Source of the DNA: Rhynchobatus australiae
Lineage: Eukaryota
DNA: 64,000 nucleotides
Direction: 5' to 3'
NCBI GenBank assembly: GCA_034780895.1
Contig: JAUZTB010015204.1
Location: 1-64,000 of the forward strand
Part shown: positions 37,476 through 50,161 of the stretch, one piece after another
How the letters are laid out: every line of letters starts with the position of its first letter
Position numbering within the stretch: position 1 is the stretch's first letter
Position numbers and translations under genes: made by a program
The notes under the pieces: generated by a model
The model's input: the letters and a program-made list of their open reading frames with translations, nothing else
Databases searched by the model: none
Told to the model about the DNA's origin: nothing

Positions 37476-38639
37476 ATATTAATGATTTTCATCCTCTTTT
37501 AAAAAAAGAATTTCAAAAATTTGAACCTAAATTAATAAAATTAGAAAAACAATTTACTAAGCGTCATAATTATTTAACTAAAAAATTAAACAATGCCACT
37601 AACAGTCAAGAAAAGTTAAGTCGCATTTCTAATTGGGAGGCCAAAGTAGCTACGAATAAATATCGCTATTATTTAAAGATCAATAAGTATTTACAATTTT
37701 TTGCCAAAAATAACGCTTATGCAAAAGAAGAACAACCTAATAATATTCCTTCAAAATGGCACAATCAAGACCTTAATTTACACGGTGTTAATTTTTTTTA
37801 TACTCATGATGCACACCACCCTAAACACGTTTTAAAAAATCTTAATTTTGCTTTTAGTGCTTCTCAAATTAGTGTCATAATGGGAACTACTGGATCCAGG
37901 AAAATCTACTTTAATTCAACTTTTAAACGCTTTAAATACACCTACAACTGGATTTATTCATAGTGGTAATTACTATTTATTTTCGAGCAAAAAGAGTTTA
38001 AATATTTCACAAATTAGAACAGAATTTGGCTTAGTATTTCAGTTTCCAGAATACCAATTATTTGCTAATACGATCCAAAAAGAAATCTTAAGTGGATTAG
38101 TAAATTTAAACAAAAAATATAAAAACAACCGCGCCCTTGCAAAGAAATATTTAGAGCTCGTTGGCTTGCCTTTAGATTATTTAAATCGCAGTCCTTTTCA
38201 GCTCTCTTCCGGACAAAAAAGAAGAGTTGCACTAGCAAGCATATTAGCACTTGAAAGTGGAACTTTAATTTTAGATGAACCTACTGTTGGTTTAGATCCT
38301 GAAGGTATTCAATGATTAGTTCAACTATTAGTAAAATACAGAAATGATAAGCAAAAGCGTATAATAGTAGTTACTCATGATGTTAATTTTCTCTATGCTA
38401 TTGCGGATCAAGTTTTATTATTAGACCAAGGTACTTTAATAATTAAAGACACTCCTTTTAATTTTTTCAGTAATGAAAAAATTGTGCAAAGATACCAAAT
38501 AGAAAAGCCCCATGTTTTTAGTTTTGTAGAAGCTTTAAAAAAGAAAAATTTGATTTTAGAAAACGAACAAGTTCGTACTATCAATGATTTAGTTAAGGAA
38601 TTAAACAATCTTTATAAGCAAGGAAAAGATTATGCATAA
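37457..38639 (+). pseudogene. ecfA2: ECF transporter ATPase A2, interrupted by a one-base frameshift in Walker A
   Basis: The first frame reads MGTTGSR then stops at 37963. The shifted frame from 37899 reads GKSTLIQLLN..FQFPEYQLF..LSSGQKRR..DEPTVGLDP. Confidence 0.8.
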
Positions 38640-39630
38640 TCATTCTTCATTAGGACAATATATTATGCGTCATACTTTTTGACATCATATCGATGTTAGA
38701 ATAAAATTATTATTAATTTTATTTTTTATTATTGGTGTTTTTTTGCCTACAGGAATTTTTGGTTTGTTAATTTATATTTTAATCATTTTAAGCATTTTAG
38801 TGCAAGCTAAAATTCCTTGAAGAAACTTTAAAACGATTTTTAAATTTATCTTCTTTTTTTATATTTTTATAACTTTATTAAACGGTTTTTTCTTTTTACC
38901 AAACGCTTTAACTTCAAGTTTAAATCGTGCTTTGTATGGTGATTTTATTTATTCTGGAGGGCTCAACTCTTCTATTTATGGAGGCGTCAGTTGATACAGT
39001 TTTAATTCCAAAGTTTTTTTAAAAGCAGCTTTTGTTTGTGGTCGTATTTTTGTCATTTTTGGTTTAATGATTATGCTAACTTCTACTACTAAACCGCTTG
39101 ATTTAACTTTAGGAATTGAAAAACTTTTCAAACCCTTAACTTATCTTAAAGTACCAGTACAAACTTTAAGTTTAATTATTTCTTTAGCTTTGCAAAGTTT
39201 GCCGATATTAGCTACAGAATTTAAAAAAGTTGTTCAGGCTCAAGCTTCACGTGGAATTGATATTAAAACTAAAAATCCGATTAAAAAGGTTCGTGCCATT
39301 AGCGCCTTATTAATTCCTATGTTCACAAGCGCGCTAAGAAAAGCTGATGATTTATCTTTAGCTTTAGACGCTAAAGGTTATGATCCTGTATTAGTGCGCA
39401 GTCAGTATCGACATTTTCATTTACATTTTTCAGAAATTATAAATTTATGTATTATTGTTCTTCTGATTACACTAATTTCTTATAATGCATGAAACTTAAT
39501 TTATGGAAATAATAGTGATATAATACAGTTTATAAATCGGCCTAATTATAATTTTTTCCCGGCCCATAACTTTAGTAGGACTGATCTTTATTTCAATATT
39601 TGAAGAATCGATGTCATTGCATCAAGATAG
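38632..39630 (+). CDS. ecfT: ECF transporter transmembrane T component
   Basis: LTSTTKP, AQASRG and LDAKGY motifs. Confidence 0.9.
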
Positions 39631-39638
39631 GAGTAACA

Positions 39639-40814
39639 ATGATTTTGATAAAAAGTTTACAATTTAAATTCAAAACTCGTAAGTTTTCAGCTTATTTTTT
39701 AATTTCTAGCATTTTCCTTTTTATTTCCTTTGCTACTTTAATTTATGGACTCTCAACTTATTTTACAACTGGGATTATCTCTCATGGTGATCATGCCCAT
39801 ATTAGACAAGCTTATGTGCTTTCTGAGGAAGACTTAATTACTTTGACTGTAGGTGGAATATTTAGCACCTTTTTCTTAATTAGCACTTTTATTTTTGCTT
39901 TACTTTTTTTTGATCGTGAATTAGTCTTTATTAATAAATTTAAAAATACTAAATTTGGTTCAAAAATTTTTAGAATTTCACAAATTTCTAAAAATTCTTT
40001 AGTGCATCAAAATTATTTAAAAAACCACAATTTTAAAATTAAAAACACTTATTCTAAAGAAGCGTTAGTTTATTTAGAAAAAAAGAAATTAAGTTTTAAA
40101 GAATCTTTAAAAGCTGATTTTTTTGGAACTAGTAAATTTTCAACCAAGAGCGAAACTTATAAAATCGCCTTATCAGCGATTTTATTAGCAATGACTGTAG
40201 CTTTAAGTTTCATCGAAGTTCCAGGCATTGTTTTACCTTGAGGATCTGCCTTAAAATTTCGCTTTTTCGAAACGATAACACTATTTTTTGCTTTAAGAAT
40301 GGTTGGGGTCGTTTACACACTTATGATTGCTTTAATTGCACCTTGATTACACTTTGCGGCGCACGCCATTCATTTACCTTTGGATGTCGCTTTTTATATG
40401 ATTAATAACGTTTTAGTGACTTTTGCATTTTATTTAATTTATTATAAATTCTTTAAAGCTGAACCAATTTTTGCTCTAGAAAATGCTAATTCTTCAAATT
40501 TAGTAATAGTTAATACTAAAAAAATAATGGCTCGCAAAATAATGGCCTTATCTTTAATTGCGATTGTCGGTGCCTTATTAGAATCTTTAGGAGTTTTTGG
40601 TACTTATTTTTTAATTGTTGGTGATATTAGTTCTTTACAACATAAACTTTATTATGATTCATTGAATAATCGCGACTTAGTTAACTCATACAACGCTTTT
40701 CTTTTTATTGTTACTTCATTTGCCATCTTTGCTTTCAAATACATTACAGAAGTAGTTTTTTTCAGTTTTGTTGAAAAACAAATTCTCTTCATCAACAAAC
40801 AATTTGGTATTTAA
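39639..40814 (+). CDS. Membrane protein with a C-terminal ECF S-component-like domain and His motifs
   Basis: KIALSAILLAMTVALSFIEVP resembles an S-component helix 1. His motifs SHGDHAH and HFAAHAIH. AGGAG RBS directly after ecfT. Confidence 0.6.
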
Positions 40815-40881
40815 AAATCTCAAACTAAATTTCATATATTACTATATAGTGATATAATTTTTGCATTAGATCGGAGATAAA

Positions 40882-41676
40882 ATGAAATTAAAAAAAGTTT
40901 GATTTTTAAGTATGATTTCAATGTTAACTTTCACTACAACTTTCGCATTTAGCGCTTGTTCAGTAAATCAACCTGACGTTACCGATAAAAGCTTAATAAG
41001 TTTTAATAATTTAATAAACACATTAGAAGGAACCGAAGGTACTAATCTTAAAAATGAAATTGAAACTAATTCTAAAAAGAGTTTAAGCGAAGTTAAAAGT
41101 GCTTATTTAAAAGCAGACACTGATAATAAAAAAGATGCATTTTTTAGTGCTTATTCTTTGTGGATTTTAAAAAACTTAGATAAAGTCAAACTTCGTGAAG
41201 TAACCTTAAATTCTCAAAACGAAGACGTAGTTTCTGAAGTTATTACGGCAATTGATTTAAAAAATTCAAAGATTATCGATACAAATACTGTTAGTTCTCA
41301 TGAAGGAACGAATTGAAACCCAAAAAATGAATTCAATAATCGTTACAACTTTTTAGCACCTTTGAAAAATCATGATGAAGAAGAAAACGAACACGAAGAT
41401 GAAGAAGATCTTAATGTTGGCTTAAAGCCAATTGCTAATTTTATGGCTTTTGATAATGGATATTTTATTCGTCTCGACCGTACTGTTAATAAAGAAAAAC
41501 TACAAAAAGTTAGTATCAATCGTTATTTATTAAAATTTAATAAAAATTTTCCAATTCAAGAGCTTACCAATATTATCCATCAACGCACCGAAAATGAAGA
41601 CGGTAAAAATGTCGCTTTTGATGCTTTTAATAAAAAACATGGAAAACCAAAAGTCTTTGAAATCACTTTTGAATAA
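40882..41676 (+). CDS. Lipoprotein with His/acidic tract
   Basis: Lipobox FAFSAC, GGAG RBS and NHDEEENEHEDEED tract. Confidence 0.8.
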
Positions 41677-41684
41677 TTATTATT

Positions 41685-41715
41685 AAAAAATTCTGTTCTT
41701 AGTAACAGAATTTTT
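41685..41715 (+). terminator. Intrinsic terminator closing the ECF-lipoprotein cluster
   Basis: aaaaattctgtt-cttagt-aacagaattttt hairpin. Confidence 0.7.
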
Positions 41716-41836
41716 ATTTTTTTCAGATAAATAAAAATTATTAACAATTAAACAAAAATTTTTATGAATAAAAATAAAATTTGAAAATATCACGCTTAGT
41801 TACTCAGGCATAGAGACAATTTAATATAATAAATGT

Positions 41837-42826
41837 ATGTTAAAAGGCCACTTTAAAAAGATTTGAGAGGAGATTGTTGAAGCACAATCAATCGTTATTT
41901 TTCATCATATTCGTCCTGATGGTGATTGCTTAGGAGCGCAGGAAGGTTTGTATCAACTTATTAAGGCTAATTTTATTAATAAAGCAGTTCATAAAATTGG
42001 TAACCCTTTAAATACTTTAAAATTCATGAACTGAGAAATTAAAAGTGAATTAGATGCTAATTTAAATTATGATTGCGCAATTATTGTTGATGCTAATAAA
42101 ACTGAAAGAATTGAAAATCGCGATTTTTTGAAAAATCATTTTCAAAAAATATTACGTATCGATCATCATCCAACAGAGGATGATCTTGATGAATTTGCTC
42201 CAAAAGTAATTCGTTGGGTTGATAGTTCCTTTGCGGCCAGCTCTGAGCAAATTGCTTTTATGGCTAAAGAACTAAATTTAAAAATGACAAAGCGCGGCGC
42301 AGAAGCTTTATATTTGGGAATTTTAACTGATGGCGGTCATTATAAATACGCAGCTGCAGGAGCTAACACTCTTGAAGCGGGAGCGTATTTATTAAAAAAT
42401 GGTGCGGACAAAACTTTTTTAATCAATAATCTTGAAAAACGCAATTTACAAGACTTACTTTTACAAAAATTGATTATTAAAAATACTAGAATTTCTGAAA
42501 AAATAATTTATTACACAATTACTCGTGAAGAAGCACAAAATCTAAATTTAGAACCGCAGCAAGTAGTTCGTGTTAATACTCTAGCAAATATTGATGATTT
42601 TTTTGTTTGAATGTCATTTACTGAAGAAGCGAATCAAAAAATTCGTGTTGAGTATCGTTCAAAAGGTCCAAATGTTTCTTTAGTAGCACAAAAATTTGGT
42701 GGTGGCGGGCATCTTCATGCCAGCGGTTCGATAATTGAAGGTAATTTAAGAAATTCACAACAAAAAATTAATGAAATACTCGCTTTTGCGAACCAAACTA
42801 TTAAGGAGTGAGAAAATGGCTCATAA
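41837..42826 (+). CDS. DHH/DHHA1 phosphoesterase (NrnA-like nanoRNase/pAp phosphatase), copy 1
   Basis: HIRPDGDCLG, IDHH, GILTD and GGGGHLHASG motifs. Confidence 0.9.
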
Positions 42827-43832
42827 AGTAACAATAGGTAATAGTTCGCAAATTTTGCACGCAATTAATCAAGCTGATAATATTATTATTTTTCATCACA
42901 TCAGACCTGATGGCGATTGTTTAGGTTCGCAAGCAGCCTTAGCCGAATTAATTAGAATTAACTACCCGCAAAAACAAGTTTTTATTATTGGTAATAATTA
43001 CAAACAATTTCCTTATTTAAATTGAAAATACGATGAAAATGAAGATTTAATAAAACAGACTCACGGCACTTTTTTGGCTATCGTTGTCGACACTTCCAGT
43101 TTAGACAGAATCGAAAATAGCGAATTGTTTAATTCTTCGTTTATTCAATATCGCGCTCGTATTGATCATCATGAAGTAAGCGAAAATGCACTTTATAATT
43201 ATTCATGAGTTAATCCTGAAGCAGCTGCAGCTGCTGAAATGGTGATTGAACTCGCTAAAAAACACAATTTAAAAATTAGTTATGAATTTTTAGAAAAAAG
43301 TTATTTAGGACTAATGACAGATTCGGTTCGTTATCTTTATTCTAATCAACGCCACCAAACTTTGGAATTAGGAGCTTGAGTAATTTCACAAGGGTTTAAC
43401 CCTAAAGATTTATATCGTAATTTGTATAAAAAAACGATGAAAGACCTTTCTTATCAGGCCCATGTATTATCTAATTTTACTCAAGAAGGAAAAGTTCTGT
43501 ATTTTATAGTTCGTAGAGAAGAATCTTCAGAATTTGGTTTTATGCAAAACGAAGCCGCCATGTTTGTTAATTTATTAGCAAATATTGAAGATAATCGTAT
43601 TTGACTTTTTGTTGTTGAAAATGAAGATCATACTTTTCGCTTAAGAATTCGCTCTAATGGTCCTTCCTTAATTGCTTTAGCACAAGAATATAATGGTGGC
43701 GGGCATGCCTTAGCTTCTGGTGCTTCGATTCCATCTTTAAGTGAATTACCACTTTTTTTGAAAAAGTGTAACGATTTAATTCGTTCTTTTCACAAACAAA
43801 ACAATTTAAAATTAAAGCGAAATTTAAATTAA
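42816..43832 (+). CDS. DHH/DHHA1 phosphoesterase (NrnA-like), copy 2
   Basis: HIRPDGDCLG, IDHH, GLMTDSG and GGGHALASG motifs. Confidence 0.9.
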
Positions 43833-43899
43833 AAAACACTTTTTTTATTTAAAAGAGTTTAAAAAATTAATTTTATTTAAAAACAATTAAAATTTTTAA

Positions 43900-45279
43900 A
43901 TGAAATTTGAATATCACACACTTATTTTAGGAGCTGGAGCCGCCGGCTTAACCGTAGCACGTTTATTAGCTCAATTCAACATTAAAATTTTATTAGTCGA
44001 AAAAAATAAATTTGGCGGCGATTGTTTGAACACAGGTTGTGTTCCTTCAAAAAAATTTATTAATATTAGCAAGCTTTATTCCAACTATCATGAAGATATT
44101 GATTTGGAAGTGCAAAAAACGATTGCTAAAATTGCTATCAAAGACCAACCAGAAGCTTTACAAGCTCTTGGTGTTAAAACCATGCTTGCTAATTTTAAAT
44201 TGAAAACGGCTCACTCAGGTGTTGTTAATCAACAATTAATCACTTTTAAAAATTTAATTATAGCAACTGGCTCGAAACCTAAAATTATTAATTTTAACGG
44301 TTTAGAAAATGATATGTATTTGTCTAGTGAAAATTTTTGATCTGCTAAGAAGAAATATCGAAAAGTGGCAGTTATTGGAACAGGAGCTATCGGACTTGAA
44401 TTAGGTCAATCATTAGCTCGCTTGGGAACTGAAGTAACTTTTATAGACGAAGCTAAGACGATTTTAAAGAATTTTGATAATGATGTTGATCAATTTATAA
44501 GACAAGCTTTCACTAACAAATTGTCTATTAGTTTTCAACTTTCAACAAAAATAAAAAACTTTAAAAGATTAAGTGATGACCAAATAAAAATTACTTTAGA
44601 AACAAAATCAGGAATTGAAGAGTTGTTGGTCAATAAAATAATAATGGCTACTGGTAGAGAGAGTAATGCTGATCAGCTTGAAAGTGCTATTCCTTTACCA
44701 ATTTTAAAAAACAGCTTTTACGATATTAATGAACTTACTTTAAGACTTAAAGGATATCGTAATATTTTTGTTATTGGTGATGCTAATGGTAAAGAAATGT
44801 TTACTCATCAAGCCGGCCGCCAAGCCGGCTATATAGTTGAACGTTATTTTAGTCCGTTTTTAAAATACAATGCTACAAATATTACTTGAACTATTTACAC
44901 TAGTCCCAATATTGCTTTTTTTGGACAAAGTCAAAAAGATTTGAAAGAAAAAAAGATTTGACATCGCATCTTTAAATACGATTTTGCTGATAATGATCGT
45001 GCGCAAATAGAAAATAAACAAGGTTTTTTGAAATTTTTTATTTCTTCCAATCATAAAATTTTAGGAGCTATTCTTGTTGGCCATAATGTCTCAGAATTAT
45101 TAGCACAAATCGCAATTTTTACGCGTTATAACATTTCTTTTCAAGAATTTCGACGCGTTAATTTTGCCTATCCTTCTTTATCTGAAGTGTTTCGTGATGC
45201 TTCATTAGCATATTATTTTAAACACGTTTTACCACTTGGTTTGCGTCATTTACTAGGTAAAATCGCTTGCCGGCACTAA
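43900..45279 (+). CDS. Class I pyridine nucleotide-disulfide oxidoreductase (Lpd/MerA-like)
   Basis: GAGAAG, GGDCLNTGCVPSK redox disulfide, GTGAIG, IGDANG, FTHQA and AYPSLSE motifs. Confidence 0.88.
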
Positions 45280-45379
45280 TTTAGCTAACAATTAACAACT
45301 TATTTTTAAAGTTTTTGCAAGCATTTTCTTTAAGGGTACTTTTTAATTTTTTATAATACATTATATATAATTTCAAATA

Positions 45380-47191
45380 ATGGAAAACTTTAAAGAAAGT
45401 GCTCAAAAGCAAAGCGAGCACAAACTCGTTTCTCATCAAAGTCTAACTTTTCATAGAAAAGAAAAAATTTTAAACGAAGAAATACCTGAAATTGAAGTTC
45501 AAAATTTGAGCATCGATTTTGGAGATACGCTAGCAGTTGATGATGTTTCTTTTAAAATTAAAAAAGGTGAATTAATTACATTGTTAGGTCCTTCTGGATC
45601 AGGAAAAACTACCGTTTTAAACGCCATTGCTGGTTTAATTACTGCTACTTCGGGGAGAATTTATTTTCGCGGCAGAAACGTTACTAAAGATTCTCCGCAA
45701 GCGCGCAAATTAGGTTTTGTGTTTCAAAATTATGCGCTTTATCCGCACATGTCTACTTATAACAACATTCAATTTCCTTTGAAAAATGATCATGAGTGGC
45801 AGAACAAAAAGCGCCTTGAGCAAAAACGTTTTCAATTTCAAAAAAATTCTTTAATTTTTTCTGAAAATGGAGCTACTAGCCACGAACTTAATGAATATGA
45901 AAAAAAACTTGAAGCCTTATTATTAAAGCCTCAAGAAATCAAAAATTCAATTTTACAAAAAATCAATAAATTAAATTTTAAGCTTGATAATTTGCAAGGA
46001 ATTTTAAATAATACCAAAAGTTTAAAAAATAAAAAATTACAAAAATTGAATAAAGAAGCAGCTCATGCCTTATCGGTTTTAAAAAAGAGTAATGATCCCA
46101 AAAGATCCGAAAAACTACAAAAAAATTATCGACTTTATAAAGAAAAAATTTTAAAAATTAAAACTTTTTATAGTAAAGAAATGAAGCTTATAAAAGACAA
46201 AATTGCTAATGAAAAAAAAGCAATACAAAATAGTAATTTAAAAAAAGAAATTAAATCTTTAGCTAAAAGATTAAATAGTGAAACTAAAAAGCTAAAAAGT
46301 GAATATAAAAATTTTGAAAAATCATTAGTTACTAAATATTCACATTCTTTAAAAAAAGCTTTAAGCCCACAAATTAAAAAAGAGCTCGATTTTCTCAATA
46401 GCAAAATTTTACCTTTAAAAAAAATTATGCATAATGCCATTATGGAAGTGGCACAAAGAGTTGATATTGTCAAAAATCTGCCTAAAAAGCCCACCAAATT
46501 ATCGGGCGGTCAACAACAAAGAGTTGCTATTGCGCGAGCCATAGTCAAACAAGCTCGCCTTCTTTTAATGGATGAACCTTTAAGTAATCTTGATGCCAAA
46601 TTAAGAGTACAAACGCGACAGTGAATTAAAGAGATCCAAGAAGAGTTGAAAATTACAATGGTTTTTGTGACTCATGATCAAGAAGAAGCGATGGCTATTT
46701 CTGATCGTATTATTTGTATGTCAACTTCGAAGATTCAACAAATAGGAACGCCTTTAGAACTTTATCGAAAACCTGCTAATTTATTTGTTGCGCGTTTTTT
46801 AGGAGTTCCAGAAATGAATATTTTTACGCTAGATTTTGATTTGCTTCAAGAAAAATGGAGTTTAGACAATAATATTTTCTTAAAAGCTAACTATCGCTTT
46901 ACAAATAATAGAAAAAAACTTCATTTAGGAATTCGTGCTGAAGATTTTTACGAAGTGGATCAATCTCAAGCGTTTATAAGTGTCAAAATTAAGCAAATTG
47001 AATATCTTGGTAAAGACATTAAGGCCTTAACTTTGATTAATTTGCACAATCAAGAAAAAGAAGTTTTTGTTTTATTACGCCGGCGCAGTGATTATCAAGT
47101 TAATCAACTAATTCATTTAGATTATGATGATTCTCGTTTACATTTTTTTGATTTTAAAACTAAGGAGCGTCTTTATTATGAAAACTATTAA
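45380..47191 (+). CDS. Sugar/G3P ABC transporter ATP-binding protein (MalK/UgpC-like) with a long helical insertion
   Basis: [35 protein letters not shown] and VTHDQEEAM motifs. Confidence 0.9.
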
Positions 47192-48242
47192 TGCTTTTTA
47201 TCGTGATTGTAAATGAAAAATACAAACTTTTATAATTAATTTTAAAATTCAAAAAAATCATCAAGCAATTAAAGGAACTTCGAAACTAATTTTGGATCAA
47301 AGAATTTCTTTTTGAAAACCTTTTTTATTAATTGCACCTGCTTTATTTGTAATTTTTTTATTTACTATTGCCCCTCTTTTTTACACAATTAATAATGCTT
47401 TTTATGCAAGTGCAGATCCACGTGATCCGATTGGGACAGAAACTTTTAGTAGTTTCTTTTTTGATAATTTAATTAAAAACGAGAATTTTGCAGTCTCGGT
47501 TCGCAATTCAATTTTTTATGCCTTTTTGGCTTTACCAATTACAATTAGCATTTCTGTATTAATTTCAGCATCGGTTGTTTTTGTAATTAATAAAATCGCT
47601 CGCGGTTTTTGGCAAACAATTTTCTTTTTACCTTATGTAACAAATTCTATTGCTATTTCTTTATCGTTTGTTTATCTTTTTCAACAAAACGGCATTATTA
47701 ATGATATTTTTGGCTCTTCAACGAGTTGACTAAATAGCAATCAATTCGATTCTTATAACCCTTTGATCGTTATTTTGAGTCAAGGCATATGAAACGGTTT
47801 AGCTTTTAATGTTTTACTTTTTACTACAGCCATGCTTGGAGTTAATCCAAATTTATATAAAGCTGCATCCATTGATGCAGCTTCTTCAAGTAAGCAATTT
47901 TTTACAATTACCTTACCTTCAATTTCAAAAACTACTAATTTATTAATTACTTTAGGAATTATTGGAGGCATTAAAGTTTTTCCTATCGCCATTTTCAATA
48001 ATAATCCCGTTTTGGCACAAAATAATGGCGGAGGAACGATTATGACTTATATTTTTGGACAAGTTAATAACGGAAATTTAGGTCCTGCAGCAGCAGCATC
48101 GATAGTAATGTTTGCTTTAGGGCTTTCGTTTTCAATTTTATTAAGAGGTTTTTACACTAAATTATTAAAAATGATTGCCAATCGAAAGGAGAAAAATGTT
48201 TTCCATAAAGTTGAAATTTGAAAAACAATGAGAAAAATATAA
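47178..48242 (+). CDS. Sugar ABC transporter permease 1
   Basis: FFLPYVT and [10 protein letters not shown] (EAA-like loop) followed by ITLP. Confidence 0.85.
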
Positions 48243-49209
48243 TATTCGCCGCTATTCTCGTCTTTCCGCAAGACAAGTTAGTGAAAAATCTTTATTTTTA
48301 ATTATAAATTCATTTTTTTTCAAAAGTTTAATTTTAATGTTTTTTGGAATATTAATTCTTTTTCCATTTTTATTAATGATCTTAGTAGCAATTGGCCCAG
48401 AAATTCAATTTCAAGATTTAAACCATGAATCTGGAATAATGTCGATTTTTAGTGGTGCATCAAATTTTGAAAATTTTAAAATCGCTTTTGAAAGCGGCTT
48501 TTGAAGAGCAGCTTTTTACTCATCCATTATGGTTGTTTTATCAATTTTTCTTAAATTAATTGTCACTTCTTTATTAGGTTATGCTTTTTCTTTAAATAAT
48601 TGAAGATTTAAAAAACTTTTTTGATGATTTTTTCTGTCATTATTAATTTTGCCTGAAATTGCCCTTTTAACAGGACAGCTGCGCGTCGTTAATGAACTGC
48701 GTTTAACAACTAATGTAGCTCGTATTGTCATTACTTTAGTTTTACCTTTTATTGCTTCTACTTTTAATGCTTTTATGTTTCGTGCTTCTTTTGAGTTGAT
48801 TCCGCAATCTGTCAAATTAGTTTCTAAAATTGATGGTGCTTCTGGACTAAAATATTTTTTAAAAGTAGCCTTACCAATGGTGCGACCAACGATTTGAACT
48901 GTCATTATTCTCACCGCTTTAGCTTCTTGAAGTAGTTTTTTGTGACCTTCAGTAATTTTAACCGGATCTCCTTTTAGCTCAACAAGTACAAGAAATTTTT
49001 CTGATTTAAATTTTATTGAAGTAATTTCACAATGAGTTTTATCAACTGGGTTAATCACAGATGATACAGGCGAAAGTTCGCGTGTGCTTTTCAATTTGAG
49101 AATTGCCGCTGCCCTTTTAGCAATTTTTCCAGTTTTCTTATTTTATTTTAGTTTTCGCAGAAAAATTATGAATTCAGTTTCGCGTCAAGGTTCTGCAATT
49201 AAAGGTTAA
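48196..49209 (+). CDS. Sugar ABC transporter permease 2
   Basis: GYAFS, IDGAS..VALP and WSSFLWP motifs. Confidence 0.85.
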
Positions 49210-49360
49210 TAATTTTGAAATCTTTTTCTTAAAACGATTATTAGATAAACTTAAGGGAGCAAATTTTTTTAAAATCTAAAATTAGTTTATATTTAATAAA
49301 GCTAATTAAGTTAATACTCATTTAAAATAAATTGTATAAACGCTTTAAAAAGGAAAAATT

Positions 49361-50014
49361 ATGGAATACAATCGACTTATTGATCAAACAATGCTCAAAC
49401 CTCAAGCTACTAGTAAAGATATTTTAAAATTAATAGCACAAGCAGAAAAGTACCACTTCAAAACTGTTTGCGTTAACTCTTCATGAGTAAAATTTTGTAA
49501 AGAAAAAATAAAAGATCCTAATTTAGGAATTACAACTGTTGTTGGTTTTCCTTTAGGAGCTTCGATTACGCAAGTGAAAGTTAAAGAAGCGAAATTAGCG
49601 ATCGAACACGGCGCTGATGAAATCGACATGGTTTTTAATATCGGTCGTTTTAAAGAACGCGATCGTGAATTTGTTTTAAACGATATTAAAAGAGTTAAAA
49701 AAGCGATAGGCTCAAAAATTTTAAAAGTTATTGTTGAAACTGCGCTTTTAACTGATCGAGAAATTATTGAAGCTACTGAGATAGTCGTTCTTAGCGGAGC
49801 TGATTTTATTAAAACTTCGACTGGTTTTTCATTTCGCGGAGCCATGCCAAAGGACATCAAACTTATGCACCAAAGTGCTCAAGGTAAAATTAAAATTAAA
49901 GCCGCAGGTGGAGTAGCGAATATTGAAGATTTAAAAACCATGGTTGAGCTTGGCGCTGAACGCATCGGTACCTCAAGTGGACACAAATTAATGGAAGCAC
50001 TAGGAAAAGAATAA
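49361..50014 (+). CDS. deoC: Deoxyribose-phosphate aldolase
   Basis: [27 protein letters not shown] and RIGTS motifs. Confidence 0.96.
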
Positions 50015-50161
50015 ATGATTTTAACGTTCTTTTCATCCTTCAAAATTATTATTAGGACATCTAAATAAGTTTTTAATAATAATTAATAAATTGCATAATG
50101 CACAAATTAAAATTTTCTCAGCGCAAATACAAAGTTAACTAGTAGACAAACAAATCTCATT

